Below, one piece after another: positions 41,901 through 59,777 of a stretch of 64,000 bases of DNA. The position numbers and the translations under genes are program-made. The notes beneath the pieces are model-generated. The model was not told where the DNA came from, ran no database searches, and saw only the letters and a list, made by a program, of their open reading frames with translations. Each line of letters begins with the position of its first letter. Position 1 is the stretch's first letter. This DNA is from the human T2T-CHM13v2.0 reference genome, Homo sapiens. The DNA lies in assembly GCF_009914755.1 (NCBI RefSeq), contig NC_060929.1; one strand, given 5' to 3'.

Positions 41901-42124
41901 ACAGAAATGAAAGACACCTGAGGAAAATGTAAGCAGAGAGGCTTTTTGTGGTTGACCTAGAGTGATGCATGAAGTAGGTATTCAGAGTAACATTTTGCAT
42001 TATAGTGAGAAACAATCTGAATTTTAGTAGTAAATTGTTTTACCAATTGTACATTTATGTAATAAATTAATAAAATGCTGTAAGTTTAAAAAACAAACAA
42101 AAACAACAAAAACAACAACAAAAA
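41901..42124 (+). pseudogene. Short retrocopy of an unidentified polyadenylated RNA 3' end
   Basis: AATAAA at 42061 and 42069, A-rich tail 42088-42124, 15-bp TSD aacagtgttcttgtt / aatagcgttcttgtt. Confidence 0.75.
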
Positions 42125-42389
42125 AATAGCGTTCTTGTTGTTCTGTATTCTTACCAACACTTGGTATTGTCAGACTTAAATGTTTGATAATTGGATGCAA
42201 TGGAAATGCTATCTCATTATTGTTCTACTTTGCATTTCTTTGGTTAGTACTGAGATTTCACATCTTTTTATATGGCTATGGCCACTTGAATTTCCTCTTA
42301 TTTTCATATCCTTTGCCCACTTTTGTACTGGATTATTTTTATTCTATTTATTGTTTTGTGGGAATTCCATATGTCTATGTATGTATTGT

Positions 42390-42406
42390 GAGAGAGAGAG
42401 AGAGAG

Positions 42407-42448
<42 letters not shown>
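42390..42448. repeat. Compound (GA)n(GT)n microsatellite
   Basis: (AG)10 followed by ~(TG)19. Confidence 0.95.
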
Positions 42449-42450
<2 letters not shown>

Positions 42451-42793
42451 GGGTTTATTCTCCTGGTTCATAGCTTGCTTATTCATTTAAAAAAAAAAAC
42501 CTCTCTGTTCCTCAATTTTCTCATCTGTAAATGTGTATGTAAATTATATACATTATTAAACAATGTATGTAATGTCCTATAACAGTACCTAGCATATTAG
42601 AAAACACAATATAAACATTTGCTTGTATTATTATCAGCATCTTTGGATGAAGTTTTAATTATTTTTAAAGTATCTTTTAATAAATAGAGAAATTAAAATT
42701 TTAATGCCTACATTTATAAATATTTTCCTCTATAGCTTATGCTTTTTATATCTAACACTGGCTTTTTATATTTACTCTATGCTTTGCCCATTC

Positions 42794-43093
42794 TCTTTTT
42801 TTTTTTTTTGAGATGAAGTCTCACTCTTTTTTCCCCAGGCTGAAGTGCAATGGCACGATCTTGGCTTACTGCAACCTCCGCCTCCCAGGTTCCAGCGATT
42901 CTCCTGCCTCAGCCTCCTGAGTAGCTGGGATTACAGGCACCTGCCACCACACCTGACTAATTTTTGTATTTTTAGTAGAGACGGAGTTTCACCATGTTGG
43001 CTAGGCTGGTCTCAAACTCCTGACCTCAGGTGATCCACTCGCCTCAACTTCCCAAAGTGCTGGGATTACAGGCATGAGCCACCGTGCCCGGCC
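42794..43093 (-). mobile_element. AluS
   Basis: Full dimer; TSD atgctttgc(c/g)cattc. Confidence 0.9.
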
Positions 43094-43383
43094 AATGCTT
43101 TGCGCATTCACGAAGTGTTTTCACTAATTGAAAACTTTCCCATCAAACACTCTAGAATCTATTATAATTGGGAGAATATGGAGAATACCTAAATCATTTC
43201 CTAAGTGTTTTAAAGGATGATGATTGCTTTTCTAGATATCATCATGAATACCAAAGCCATGCTTTTGTTCACTGAGTTTAACTCCCTAAAACAAGGGTTT
43301 TTAAAATCATGATGTCTTGTTGAACACATACTGGTGGTTCTTGTATGGTATTCAAATTTTAAATTTCTATTTCTGTATGTGCT

Positions 43384-43665
43384 TTTTTTCTTAGAGACAG
43401 GGTCTTGCTCTATCACCCAGACTGGAGTGCAGTGATGCAGTTATAGCTCACAGCAGCCTCAAACTCTTTGGCTCAAGTGATCTCCCTGCCTTAGCCTTCT
43501 GCATAGGTAGGACTACCGGCACACACCATCACACTTGGCTAATTAAAAAAAAAATGTTTTTATAGAGACAGGGTCTTGCTATATTCCCCAGGCTGGTCTT
43601 GAACCCTTGGGCTCACGTGATACCCCCTGCCTTGACCTCCTGAGTAGCTGGGCCACCAAGCCCCA
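43384..43665 (-). mobile_element. AluJ (degenerate)
   Basis: J-type dimer with an altered 5' end. Confidence 0.8.
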
Positions 43666-44428
43666 CCTTTTTGTTTCTGTTATTTTCTTCCCCCATTTTT
43701 TCCCAGCATTGCAAATGCCCCCATCTTTTCAAATGCTGATATTTTACTTATATACCAGAATTATTCTTCTTTTACTCTTGTAAATCTTACTAGACTTCAA
43801 CAAATATATAAATACTTTAACAAAGACCACGTCTGTTCAGTGAGCTGAGTTGATTTGCTGTTCTGTGAAATAAAACCTTACACATCACATTAGCTATGTA
43901 TTGTAGTCATCTTGCAATGTCACTCTTAGTGATGAAAATCACTTCCAGAACCCTCAGTGGTGGATTATTTCCTTCTGTTCTACTGAAGACATGATAATAC
44001 TTGTTGGGAAAATTTCATGGCTACAAAAGTGGTAGCAGTCACTATTCAGTGGAATTGTTGGCAGATACAGAGCAACCCTGTTGAAACACAGAGAGATCAA
44101 GACGGGCTATAAGCCACAAAACTTCACAGGACAACTTTGATACCTGAAATAAATGCTATGGAAGTTCCAAAGCTCCTTCCTGAAGAGAAGTCCTGCTTTG
44201 CCTAGATACCTCAGGGATTTGTCTCCAGAGCTCCAGTAGTTTCTGCTTAGCCATAAATTTTAAGAATTTTAGCTTTCATGATTAGTTGTCTACTTTGCCA
44301 CCTTCTTGGGATTTACAAAGAAAAATGCTTGCACACCAAACCCTCCTCAGAGAATATATATGGAATTTTCTGTCATTCAATTTATATCAGAAATTTAGCC
44401 CAAATAATATATATTCCAGGAAGATTAC

Positions 44429-45123
<695 letters not shown>

Positions 45124-45133
45124 AATAATTCTT

Positions 45134-45321
45134 TTTATTTTATTTATTTATTTATTTATTTATTTTTATTTTATTATTATTATACTTTAAGTTTTAGGGT
45201 ACATGTGCACAATATGCAGGTTAGTTACATATGTATACATGTGCCATGCTGGTGTGCTGCACCCATTAACTCGTCATTTAGCATTAGGTATATCTCCTAA
45301 AGCTATCCCTCCCCACTCCCC
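45134..45321 (-). mobile_element. Short young L1PA 3' end with (TTTA)n tail
   Basis: tatactttaagttttagggtacatgtgcac; TSD aataattctt/aagaattctt. Confidence 0.88.
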
Positions 45322-45365
45322 AAGAATTCTTAGTCATCCTTAATCCTTCTCTTTTTCTCATGCTC

Positions 45366-45740
45366 TGTGTCTGTCAGGATTTGCTAGGTTATGCTGCAGT
45401 AACAAACAGCCCCAACTCTCAATGGCTTAACACAACAGAAGTTTATTTCTCATCCTAACTACTGAGTTAGAGCAGACGCTCTGCTCCACTCTCAAACCAA
45501 CTCTAGGATCCAGGATGATGGAGCAGCCACAATCTGCAACATTTTTGTTTACCACAAGAGTCAGAAAAGAGTTCCAAAGGGTTTCCTGTTGGCAATTTGA
45601 TGCTTAGCCTAGAAGTGACACATATTACCTCTGCTAGAGCTGTTAATAACTGGCTCAACCACCCAACCACAGGAGGTCAGAAAGTATAACACTACCAGGT
45701 GTCCAATAGAAAAATTAATAAGCAGCATTATTGACTACTA
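45366..45740 (-). mobile_element. MLT1K-like MaLR LTR
   Basis: taggttatgctgcagtaacaaac...ggcttaacacaac...tttatttctc. Confidence 0.65.
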
Positions 45741-45741
45741 C

Positions 45742-46159
45742 ACTCAGGATGGACTCCCCAGAAGTAGACCCTAAGATGAAGATTCATGTGAGAGCAATTT
45801 ATTCGGAAGTGTTTTGAGGAAAAAACAATAAGGAATCAGGGAAGAGAGACAGGGAAGGAAGGAAGCCAAGCAAGTGTTCAAGAGCAAACAAAATCCCATA
45901 GAGGATAAGGTAGGCTCAATCCCACAGAGCAATTCTGGAGACAGTCATACCTCAGAGCGGTCTGGACTGGGGCAAGGAAGCTGGAGACTTTAAACTTCTG
46001 TACCAGGAGTCATTTGTAGGGCCCTTGCCAGGGAGATGTAAACCCTAGGCATTTCTGGATCTCCTTGCAGATATTGGCTGTTGGAAGTGAAAACATGGCA
46101 TGAAATTGGTAAAGGGATCCAAAAGCACAAAAGTGGAGCATTAATACACTTCTGTTACA
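45742..46159 (-). mobile_element. Old ERVL/MaLR LTR (LTR33/LTR16/MLT1L-like)
   Basis: ccccagaagtagaccct...tttattcggaagtg; minus-strand start TGTAACAGA. Confidence 0.5.
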
Positions 46160-47236
46160 CAAACCCCAATCCTATAAATCACATTATCCTACTAGCTCTA
46201 TATCCCATACATTTCCTAAATCATCCATTTTTCTCTATTCTCTAATTGTCCCTCCCTCAAGTACCCCTTGAGCCTGTCATCCTTGGTCTTCTGCCCTATT
46301 GCAACCAGGATACTGAACTGCACTTTTGATATCTCTAATCTACTCTTCACACTGTAGTCAGATTGTTCTTTCTGATCCAAGTGGCTTTTCCCTGGTGATA
46401 TCTCAAATTCATCATGCCTGCTTTCTATTCAGTATACAATCCCCATTAAGCAGATGAGAAAACTGAGGCACAGAGAAGTTAAGTAACTTGCCAATAGTCA
46501 TTCAGTTAGTAACTGGCAGAGCCAGACTGTGAATCTAGTATCCATTAACCCCAAAGCCTTTCCTATTGTATTTCACTGATCCTGGATTGTGATTAATTTG
46601 CCCACTTTGTCCTGATTACTACCAGTTCTATAAGCTTCACATACAATTTGTTTAAAACCAAATTTATCATCTTACTTACCTCCCTCACCAAATGCCTCTG
46701 CTCCTGAGATTCCAATGTCAATAATGGCCCTGCTATCCTTTGGTGTTATGCTTGACTCTTCCTTCTTCTTTCTCTATTGTTTGAAGTTATTTCCACAGTT
46801 ATTGTACTTCTGACTCCTAATGCCCATTGCTGCAGGTAGGGCTGGCTTTATATGCCCTAAGCTGTGGTATACAGAGTACCCAACAAGTACCCATATGTGG
46901 GAGGTCCTGGAGCTGTGCCCAAAGAGGGCTCATTAGCAGTAGATAGCATTCCAACAATACTCTGCGCCAAGAAATGAGATCAGAATCCAGGGAATGAAGC
47001 CAAACTTGGCTAGTCTGTTGCCAAGCTGGAAGTTCTTGGACACGGTTATAAGCAAAGGGAAAGAAGCCAGTAGAGAGGGAGAGATTGACTGATGATGAAA
47101 CTGAGAGAAGCAGTAATGGATGGGGCAGGGTCCTGGGGGAGGCGATCAAAAGGATCGCCGTATGTCTCCTTGGGAGTGGGCTGGTTCTGATGATTGGGGT
47201 CTTGGGGAGAGGGAGTTATATGCATGGCATATACTA

Positions 47237-47557
<321 letters not shown>

Positions 47558-48357
47558 CTAACTTAGCTTAAAAAAAAAAACAAAAAAAAACAAAAAAAAC
47601 CCAAAAAACCCTGACATTAACTTTCATATTTCTAAGTAGTATACTTATATTATTTCTTGACTTATCAACTTGAAACTACTAATTTCCTATTAGGTGGATG
47701 GATCACTTTGTCTGTTATATTACTACCCTCTACTTCTCCTCCTCTTTTCCCACAGTTTAAAAAAATCTTGGATAAATCAGTGGTCCGTGTAATATGTAAA
47801 TATGTAATGTCAATGTAACTATGGTTTGGTGATGATCCTATTCGTTGTATATTTTATCTTGTACAAATTTTTATTTTTTCTGGAATTAATAGTTTAAGAC
47901 ATTATGTATTCCATGTACCTATCTTTAATGTTTCCTGAAGTGGTCCATCTGCTCTGTCAATTTTTGAGGGTTTTTTTCCCCCACCATGCTGAAGCATATT
48001 AGGTAATTGATCGTTTCCATATTTTCTTGGAGTCCTCCCTCCCACAGTGCCTTTCCCACTGCTGCAGCCTGGACCAGGTGCTGCAAAGCCCTAGTGCACA
48101 AGCTGTCACCCTGAGATCTTCTGTACTACCACACTGTTTCTTTTCTGTTGGGGCTCCTTTTTCTGGATCCAGTGAATTCTTTTCCTTGGTTTGGTCCACC
48201 CACATACTTGATTCATGGTTTGGCTGGGTAATTTTAAGGGCAGTACTCCACTATCTTCCACTATCCAGTTGTGTTGAGAAGTCTTATGGCACTCTGCTTC
48301 TTGTTATTTTGTTATTTTAGAGGTGAGAGCGCTTTCTTAGAAAATAATGGTAGTCTC

Positions 48358-48696
<339 letters not shown>

Positions 48697-48927
48697 TCAG
48701 TTGACAGTGTTCAAATTGACTGTATTATGGACCAGTGGAGCTGGGAGGGACCCTCAGTGTCCCCTAGTTTAATACCCCTGTAATACAAAGAAGGTACCTG
48801 ACATCCAGAGAAATGATGCGCCTTGTGTAAAGTTGTAGTTAGGACGGGACAGAGCCAGGACTCTAAATTCTGTCCTCCGGCCATAATTCCAACACTTTCT
48901 CCAATGTTATGTATGTAGTCTAAAATG

Positions 48928-48961
<34 letters not shown>

Positions 48962-49410
48962 CATTTGCGTTTTTGTTTCCTTTTGTTTTACTTTTTATTA
49001 TGGCAAATTTCAAACATATACAGATACAGAATAGTTTAATGAATTCCCATGTTCTCATCACGCAGATTCAAACATGAATACATGGCCAATTTTGTATCAC
49101 TTAAACTCCTGCAGACAAGCCCTGCCCCATCCTGCTGTTTTGAATAAAATCCATCATGATATCTCACTGTAAAAAGGCCTGTTCTTTGCGAAAAAATAAC
49201 CATAATATGATTGGTTGCTCTGCAGAGTTTTACAATTGCCTTTTTATTCCTGATGTCCTGAAATATTCACGATATTAGACACTTAGAAGGGCCTTTCAAT
49301 GTGGAGAGTCTGCATCCCTCTGGGAAATTTTCTTGTATTTTGCCTTGAAAATATTTCTGTCTTTCCTTTTTTTCTTTTCTCTTTCTATAATTCTTGATCT
49401 TCTGGATTGA

Positions 49411-50160
<750 letters not shown>

Positions 50161-50835
50161 ATATCCTTGGTTTATGGATGCAAAAACTTCTGTTATTTTC
50201 CCAATGGTATTATTTGCTTATAGGTTTTGTTTTCTTTTGTTCTTATTTGCTTCCATCAGGTTAATTTTTCTGCTTGTTTTGTTCTCTCTCTTCGTATTGG
50301 GATTTTACCAATTTTTTTTGTTTCTAATATGCAATATGCAGCATCCAGATGCCATTTAAATATCAATATGAATTGTGACCTAAAAAATAGGAAGAAAAAA
50401 AAGAAAAGATACTGAATGATCAAGTTCAGAGAGGTGTAATAAGAATAATATACATGTGGGAAGAATCCTATGCAATGCCATTAAAATAACTTTTGAGCCA
50501 TGCAGAAAGACAATTACAATATCTTAAGAAAGCCACAAAGGTAACATCTAAACAAGGAGCAAATAGCAAGTTATAACCTATGTGAAGTAAAGTTAAAATG
50601 AAATAGCAGATTCAAATCAGACAGAAGAAGAGCTAATGTGTGACTTCAATCCAGAGAATGTGTAAGCCCACGACCAGTCCTTTTAAGGTAGAAAGCCCTA
50701 TTTATAGGCTCATAATGTCTCAGTAGTGACTTATGAAAAAATCAAATTCTGAGTCTCAGCTAAAAAAATCTCTCTGGTTGATGTATAACTTCAGTAGGCT
50801 GAGATAAGGACCTCCATGTGCTTAGGTATAATTGT

Positions 50836-51160
50836 GTTTTTTTGTTTTTCTTAATTAAAAAAATTTATTATTATTATTTGAGTTGGACTCCACTCTGTCA
50901 CCCATGCTGGAGTGCAGTGGCATGATCTTGGCTCACTGCAAACTCCGCTTCCCAGATTGAAGCCATTCTCCTGTCTCAGCCTCCTGAGTAGCTGGAACTA
51001 CCAGCATGTGCCACCATGCCTGGCTAATTTTTGTATTTTTAGTAGAGACAGGGTTTCGCCATATTGGTCAGACTGGTCTTGAACTCCTGACTTCAGGTGA
51101 TCCACCTATCTCGGCCTCCCAAAGTGCCAGGATTACAGGCATGAGCTACTGTGCCCGGCC
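50836..51160 (-). mobile_element. AluS (A of the head-to-head pair)
   Basis: TSD aggtataattgt (50824-50835, 51161-51172). Confidence 0.9.
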
Positions 51161-51185
51161 AGGTATAATTGTTTTATGGATATCA

Positions 51186-51709
<524 letters not shown>

Positions 51710-51733
51710 TTAATATTCTTATGTTAAGATTAA

Positions 51734-52706
<973 letters not shown>

Positions 52707-53224
52707 AAAAGAATGATCTGTATATGTTTGGTACTTAAAGTCCCTGTAGTGTTTAAGAAAATTTGGCAAATTGGAGTATCTAAGAGACCAGCTTTGTGGT
52801 CCCAATTTAGAATGAATGAGTAATTGATTTAGATTTGGAATTTTGAGTTGAGTTGTAAGAGAGTTTTAATAAGTTTAGAAATTATATTGGACCATTTAAA
52901 ACAACTTAACATCCACCATACTTACATGTTTACTGTCTTACGAATATTAGAATTTCTAAGTACTTGAAAGGGTAGCAGCAGCCAGTCTCCAAAGACGGCC
53001 ACCATCAATGCATGTTCTTCGTGTATGTGCATTCTGCTCCTGATAACAAGAAGAGGAGTTTCCTTCTCCTCTCTCCTCTGGGCTGACCTTGTAACTGGCC
53101 CTGATCAAGAGAATGTGGCAGAAGGGACATTCTGGTCATTAAGCCCAGGCCCTGCAAGGACTGATAGCTTCTACTTTCTGCCTCTTACAATGCTCTTTCT
53201 TGGAACCTAGCTGTTATGCCATGA

Positions 53225-55139
53225 TAAAATAAATGATATACCTGATTGCAGAATATATAATGCACTCTTTTTATTTATTTATTTTTTTTTGAGACAGAGT
53301 CTTGCTCTGTCACCCAAGCTGGAGTGCAGTGGTGTGATCTTGGGCTCACTGCAACCTCTGCCTCCCGGATTCAAGTGACTCTCCTGCCTCAGCCTCGCCA
53401 GTAGCTGGAACTACAGGCCCACGCCAGAATGCCTGGCTAATTTTTGTGCTTTTAGGAGAGACAGGGTTTCACCACGTTGGCCAGACTGGTCTTGAACTCC
53501 TAACCTCAAGTAATCTGCCCGCCTCCGCCTCTTAAGTGTTGGGATTACAGGCGTGAGCCACCACACTCGGCCATATAATGAATTCTTAAAACTCAATAAC
53601 AAGAAGACAAACAACCTGGTTAAAATAAATGGGCAAATTTTTCAACAGACATTGCTAAAGAAGACACAGGAATGGATAAAAAGCATATGAAAAGATGCTT
53701 GGCCAGTCATGGTGGTACACGTCTGTAATCCCAGCTACTCGGGAGGCTGAGGCAGAATTGCTTGAACCCAGGAGATCCCAGTAAGCTGAGATCGCACCGA
53801 TGCACTCCAGCCTGGGCAACAGAGTGAGACTTCATCTAAAAAAAATAAAAAAATAAAAAAAAGAAGAAAAGAAAAGGTGCTTAACATCATCAGTTATTAG
53901 GGAAATGCAAATTTGCAAATTAAAACCACAATGAGCTGCCTACCATTTCACACCTACTAGAATGGCTTTAGTTGAAAAGACAGACAATAACTAGTGTTCG
54001 TGAAGATGTAGAGAAAATGGAACCTTCCTTCATGGCTGAGACAAAGTAAAATGTTGTAGCTACTTTGGATAAAAGTTTGCCAGTTTCTTAAAAAGTTAAA
54101 CATGTGTACTAAACATGGCTTTTTATTCTGATGTTTTGACATCAGGGGCCTTACAGATCCTGTGTAGACTGCAACTCCCAGGGCTAGCCAACACCTAGAA
54201 ATAGCAAACAACTCATCTTCCATGTGCAAACCAACGAATCCTAAGCCTATTTCCTAATTACCTCCTCAGTTGAGCTCTCACACATCTTGCCACTATTCCC
54301 CTGCCCTAATCACCTCAGGGCTGGGTGCCAGATAATTACAAATATTCTCTATGCCCCAGAGTTCAGTTCAAATTGGCCAATCCTAAACCTGCTTACCTGG
54401 CCTCACCTGTTCCTGGGGAAACCAGAATAAAGGCTCTTGCTCCCGCTGTCCCGACTGACCCTGCCGCTCCCCCATGTGGCCTGGCATGGTGGAGCACACA
54501 CTCTCCTGTCCTGGGAACTGTCTCAGTCTGTCTTTTCAAGAGCAGTCATCTCCTGATCTGTTGGCCTCTCCATACCTGGATAAAAATAAAATCAACATTT
54601 TAAAGCAATATGTTTACCATATGATCCAGCAATTTCATTCTTAGGTATTTACCCCAGTGAAATGAAAACATATTTCTATACAAAAATCTATACATGAATG
54701 TTCATAGCAGCATTATACGTAATAACTACAAAGTGGAAACCACCCACATATCCATCCAATGATGAATAGAGAAACAATGTGTTCTATCCATACAATGGAA
54801 TACTTATTCAGAAATGAAAGGACTGAACTATTTATAAATGCTAAAACATAGATGAACCTGAAAATAATTATGAGTGAAAGGAACCAGGCACAAAAGACCA
54901 CACACTGTATGATCACTTTTATAGAAATGTTCAGAAAAGACAAATCTATGGAGAAAAAAGAGTACATTTGTGATGGCCTTGGAGCTGCAGTGGGAACAGG
55001 GGTTGATTGCTAACGAGCATGATGGTTCTCTTTAGGATTATACAAATATTCATAAATATTCTAAAACTGGATTGCAGTGATGAACAGTCTGTAAGTTTGT
55101 TAACCATCATTGAATTGTACACTTAAAATAGGTGAGTTT
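53225..55139 (+). mobile_element. L1MB 3' region (last piece at 63109-63166), containing AluS 53267-53572, FRAM 53701-53875 and an LTR
   Basis: aactcaataacaagaagac, ggaaatgcaa...aaaccacaatgag, ttctaaaactggattg. Confidence 0.8.
54105..54607 (+). mobile_element. ERVL solo LTR (MER54/MER73/MER74 family)
   Basis: gatgttttgacatc...ctcccagggctagccaa; 5-bp TSD acatg/atatg. Confidence 0.65.
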
Positions 55140-55264
55140 CTTTTTTTTTTAAGATTTTCTTTTTAATTATACTTTAAGTTCTGGGGTACATGTGCAGAAT
55201 GTGCAGGTTTGTTACATAGCTACATGTGTGCCATGGTGGTTTGCTGCACCCAACAACCTGTAAA

Positions 55265-55557
55265 TTTTTTTTTTTTGAGATGGAGTCTCACTCTGTTGCC
55301 CAGGCTGGAGTGCAGTGGCACAACCTCTGCTCAACTGCAACCTCCACCTCTCGGGTTCAAGTGATTCTCCTGCCTCAGCCTCCCGAGTAGATGGGATTAC
55401 AGGCACACACCACCATACCCAGCTAATTTCTGTATTTTTAGTAAAGACGGGGTTTCACCATATTGGTGAGGCTGGTCTTGAACTCCTGACCTCATGATTC
55501 GCCCGCCTTGGCCTCCCAAAGTGCTGGGATTACAGGCATGAGCCACCATGCCCGGCC
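55265..55557 (-). mobile_element. AluS in the L1 3' UTR
   Basis: TSD aacctgtaa. Confidence 0.9.
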
Positions 55558-56570
55558 AACCTGTAATCTACATTAGGCATTTCTCCTAACGCTATCCACC
55601 CCCTAGCCTCCCATCCCCCAGCAGGCCCTGGTGTGTGATGCCCACTCCCGTGTCCATGTGTTCTCATTGTTCAACTCCCACTTATGAGTGAAAACCTGCG
55701 GTGTTTGGTTTTCTGTTCCTGTTAGTTTGCTGAGAATGATGGTTTCCACCTTCATCCATGGCCCTGCAAAGGACATGAACTCATCCTTTTTTATGGCTGC
55801 ATAGTATTCCATGGTGTATATGTACCACATTTTCTTTATCCAGTCTATCATTGATAGGCATTTGGGTTGATTCCAAGTCTTTGCTATTGTGAACTGTGCC
55901 GCAATAAACATATGTGTGCATGTGTCTTTACAGTAGAATAATTTATAATCCTTTGGGTATATACCCAGTAATGGGATTACTGGGTCAAATGGTATTTCTA
56001 TTTCTAGATCCTTGAGTAATCACCACACTGTCTTCCACAATGGTTGAACTAATTTATACTCCCACCAACAGTGTAAAAACATTCCTATTTCTCCACATCC
56101 TCTCTAGCATCTGTTGTTTCCTGACTTTCTAATGATTGCCATTCTAACTGGAGTGAGATGGTATCTCATTGTGGTTTTGATTTGCATTTCTCTAATGACC
56201 AGTGATGATAAGGTATTTTTCATATGTTTGTTGGCTGCATAAATGTCTTCTTTAGAGAAGTGTCTGTTCATATCCTTCGCCCACTTTTTGATGGGGTTGT
56301 TTGTTTTCTTCTTGTGAATTTGTTTAAGTTCTTCGTCAATTCTGGATATTAGCCCTTTGTCAGATGGATAGATTGTAAAAATTTTCTCCCATTCTGTAGG
56401 TTGCCTGTTCACTCTGATGATAGTTTCTTTTGCTGTGCAGAAGCTCTTAAATTAGATCCTGTTTGTCAATTTTGGCTTTTGTTGCTATTGCTTTTGGTGT
56501 TTTAGCCATGAAGTCTTTGCCCACGCCTATGTGCTGAATGGTATTGCCCAGGTTTTCTTCTAGGATTTTC

Positions 56571-56883
<313 letters not shown>

Positions 56884-57020
56884 TAGGGTTTTCATGGTTT
56901 TAGGCCTTGTGCTTAAGTCTTTAATCCATCTTGAGTTAATTTTTGTATAAGATGTAAGGAAGGGATCCAGTTTCAGGTTTCTGCATATGGCTAGCCAGTT
57001 TTCCCAACACCATTTATTAA

Positions 57021-57478
<458 letters not shown>

Positions 57479-59018
57479 TTACTGTAGCCTTATAGTATAG
57501 TTTGAAGTCAGGTAGCATGATGCCTCCAGCTTTGATCTTTTTGCTTAGGATTTTCTTGGCTATGCAGGCTCTTTTTTGGTTCTATATGAAATTTAAAGTA
57601 GTTTTCTCTAATTCTGCGAAGACAGTCAGTGGTAGCTTGATGGGGATAGCATTGAATCTATAAATTACTTTGGGCAGTATGACCATTTTCATGATATTGA
57701 TTCTTCCTATCCATGAGCATGGAATGTTTTTTCATTTGTTTGTGTCCTCTCTTATTTCCTTGAGCAGTGGTTTGTAATTCTCCTTGAAGAGTTCCTTCAC
57801 ATCTTACAAGGGAAGAGTTACATCCCTTGTAAGTTGTATTCCTAGGTATTTTATTCTCTTTGTAGCAATTGTGAATGGGACTTCACTCATAATTTGGCTC
57901 TCTGTTTGTCTGTTATTGGGGTATAGGAATTCTTGTGGTTTTTGCACATTGATTTTGTATCCTGAGACTTTGCTGAAGTTGCTTATCAGCTTAAGGAGAT
58001 TTTGGGCGGAGATAATGGGATTTTCTAAATATACAATCATGTCATCTGCAAACAGAGACAATTTGACTTCCTCTTTCCTAATTGAATCCCCTTTATTTCT
58101 TTCTCTTGCCTGATTGCCTTGGCCAGAACTTCCAACACTATGTTGAATAGGAGTGGTGAGAGAGGGCATCCCTGTCTTGTGCCAATTTTCAAAGGGAATG
58201 ATTCCAGTTTTTGCCCACTCAGTATGATATTGGCTGTGGGTCCGTCATAAATAGCTCTTATTATTTTGAGATACATTCCATCAATACCTAGTTTATTGAG
58301 AGTTTTTAGCATGAAGGGCTGTTGAATTTTGTCGAAGGCCTTTTCTGCATCTATTGAGATAATCATGTGGTTTTTGTCATTGGTTCTGTTTATGTGATGG
58401 ATTACATTTATTGATTTGTGTATGTTGAACCAGCCTTGCATCCCAAGTATGAAGCCAACTTGATTGTGGTGGATAAGCTTTTTGATGTGTTGCTGGATTT
58501 GGTTTGCTAGTTTTTTTTTGAAGATTTTTGCATGAATGTTCGTCAGGGATATTGGCCTGAAATTTTCTTTTTTTGTTATGTCTCTGCCAGGTTTCGGTAT
58601 CAGGATGATGCTGGCCTCATAAAATGAGTTAAGGAGGATTCCCTCTTTTTGTATTGTTTGGAATAGTTTCAAAAGGAATGGTACCAGCTCCTCTTTGTAT
58701 CTCTGATAGAATTTGCACTGTGAATCTGTCTTGTCCTGGCCTTTTTTTGGTTGGTAGGCTATTAATTACTGCCTCAATTTCAGAACTTGTTATTAGTGTA
58801 TTCAGGGATTTGATTTCTTCCTGGTTTAGACTTGGGAGGGTGTATGCATCCAGGAATGCATCTATTTCTTCTAGATTTTCTAGTTTATTTGCATAGAGGT
58901 GTTTATAGTATTCTCTGATGGTAGTTTGTATTTCTGTGGGATCAGTGGTGATATCCCCTTTATCATTTTTTATTGCATCTATTTGATTCTTCTCTCTTTT
59001 CTTCTTTATTAGTCTGAC

Positions 59019-59528
59019 TGCCAAGACCAGCTCAGTCAGGGAGACCCTAACCCAGCGGCGCTAGAGGAATTAAAGACAGACACAAAGAAATATAGAGGTG
59101 TGAAGTGGGAAATCAGGGGTCTCACAGCCTTCAGAGCTGAGAGCCCCCAGAGATTTACCCACATATTTATTAACAGCAAGCCAGTCATTAGCATTGTTTC
59201 TATAGATCTTAAATTAACTAAAAGTATCCCTTATGGGAAATGAAGGGATGGGCCGAGTTAAAGGAATACGTTGGGCTAGTTAACTGCAGCAGGAGCATGT
59301 CCTTAAAGCACAGCTCACTCATGCTATTGTTTGTGGCTTAAGAATGCCTTTAAGTGGTTTTCCGCTCTGGGTGGGCGAAGTGTTCCTTGCCCTCATTCCA
59401 GTAAACCCACAATCTTACAGCGTGGGCGTTATGGCCATCATGAACATGTTACAGTGCTGCAGAGATCTTGTTTATGGCCAGTTTTGGGGCCAGTTTATGG
59501 CCAGATTTTGGGGGGCTTGTTCCCAACG
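59019..59528 (-). mobile_element. MER9 solo LTR (HERV-K9/HML-3) in L1 ORF2
   Basis: Reverse-complement homolog of 20269-20777; perfect 6-bp TSD tctgac (59013-59018, 59529-59534). Confidence 0.92.
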
Positions 59529-59609
59529 TCTGACTAGTAAGCTATCTATTTTGTTGATCTTTTTGAAAAACCAGCTCCTGGATTCATTGATTTTTTGAAG
59601 GATTTTTCA

Positions 59610-59777
<168 letters not shown>

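Noticed and set aside
43850-44400. Unique-looking stretch possibly an old pseudogene
   Set aside because: Hand translation of the + frames gave no recognisable protein; no tail or TSD. Needs BLASTX.
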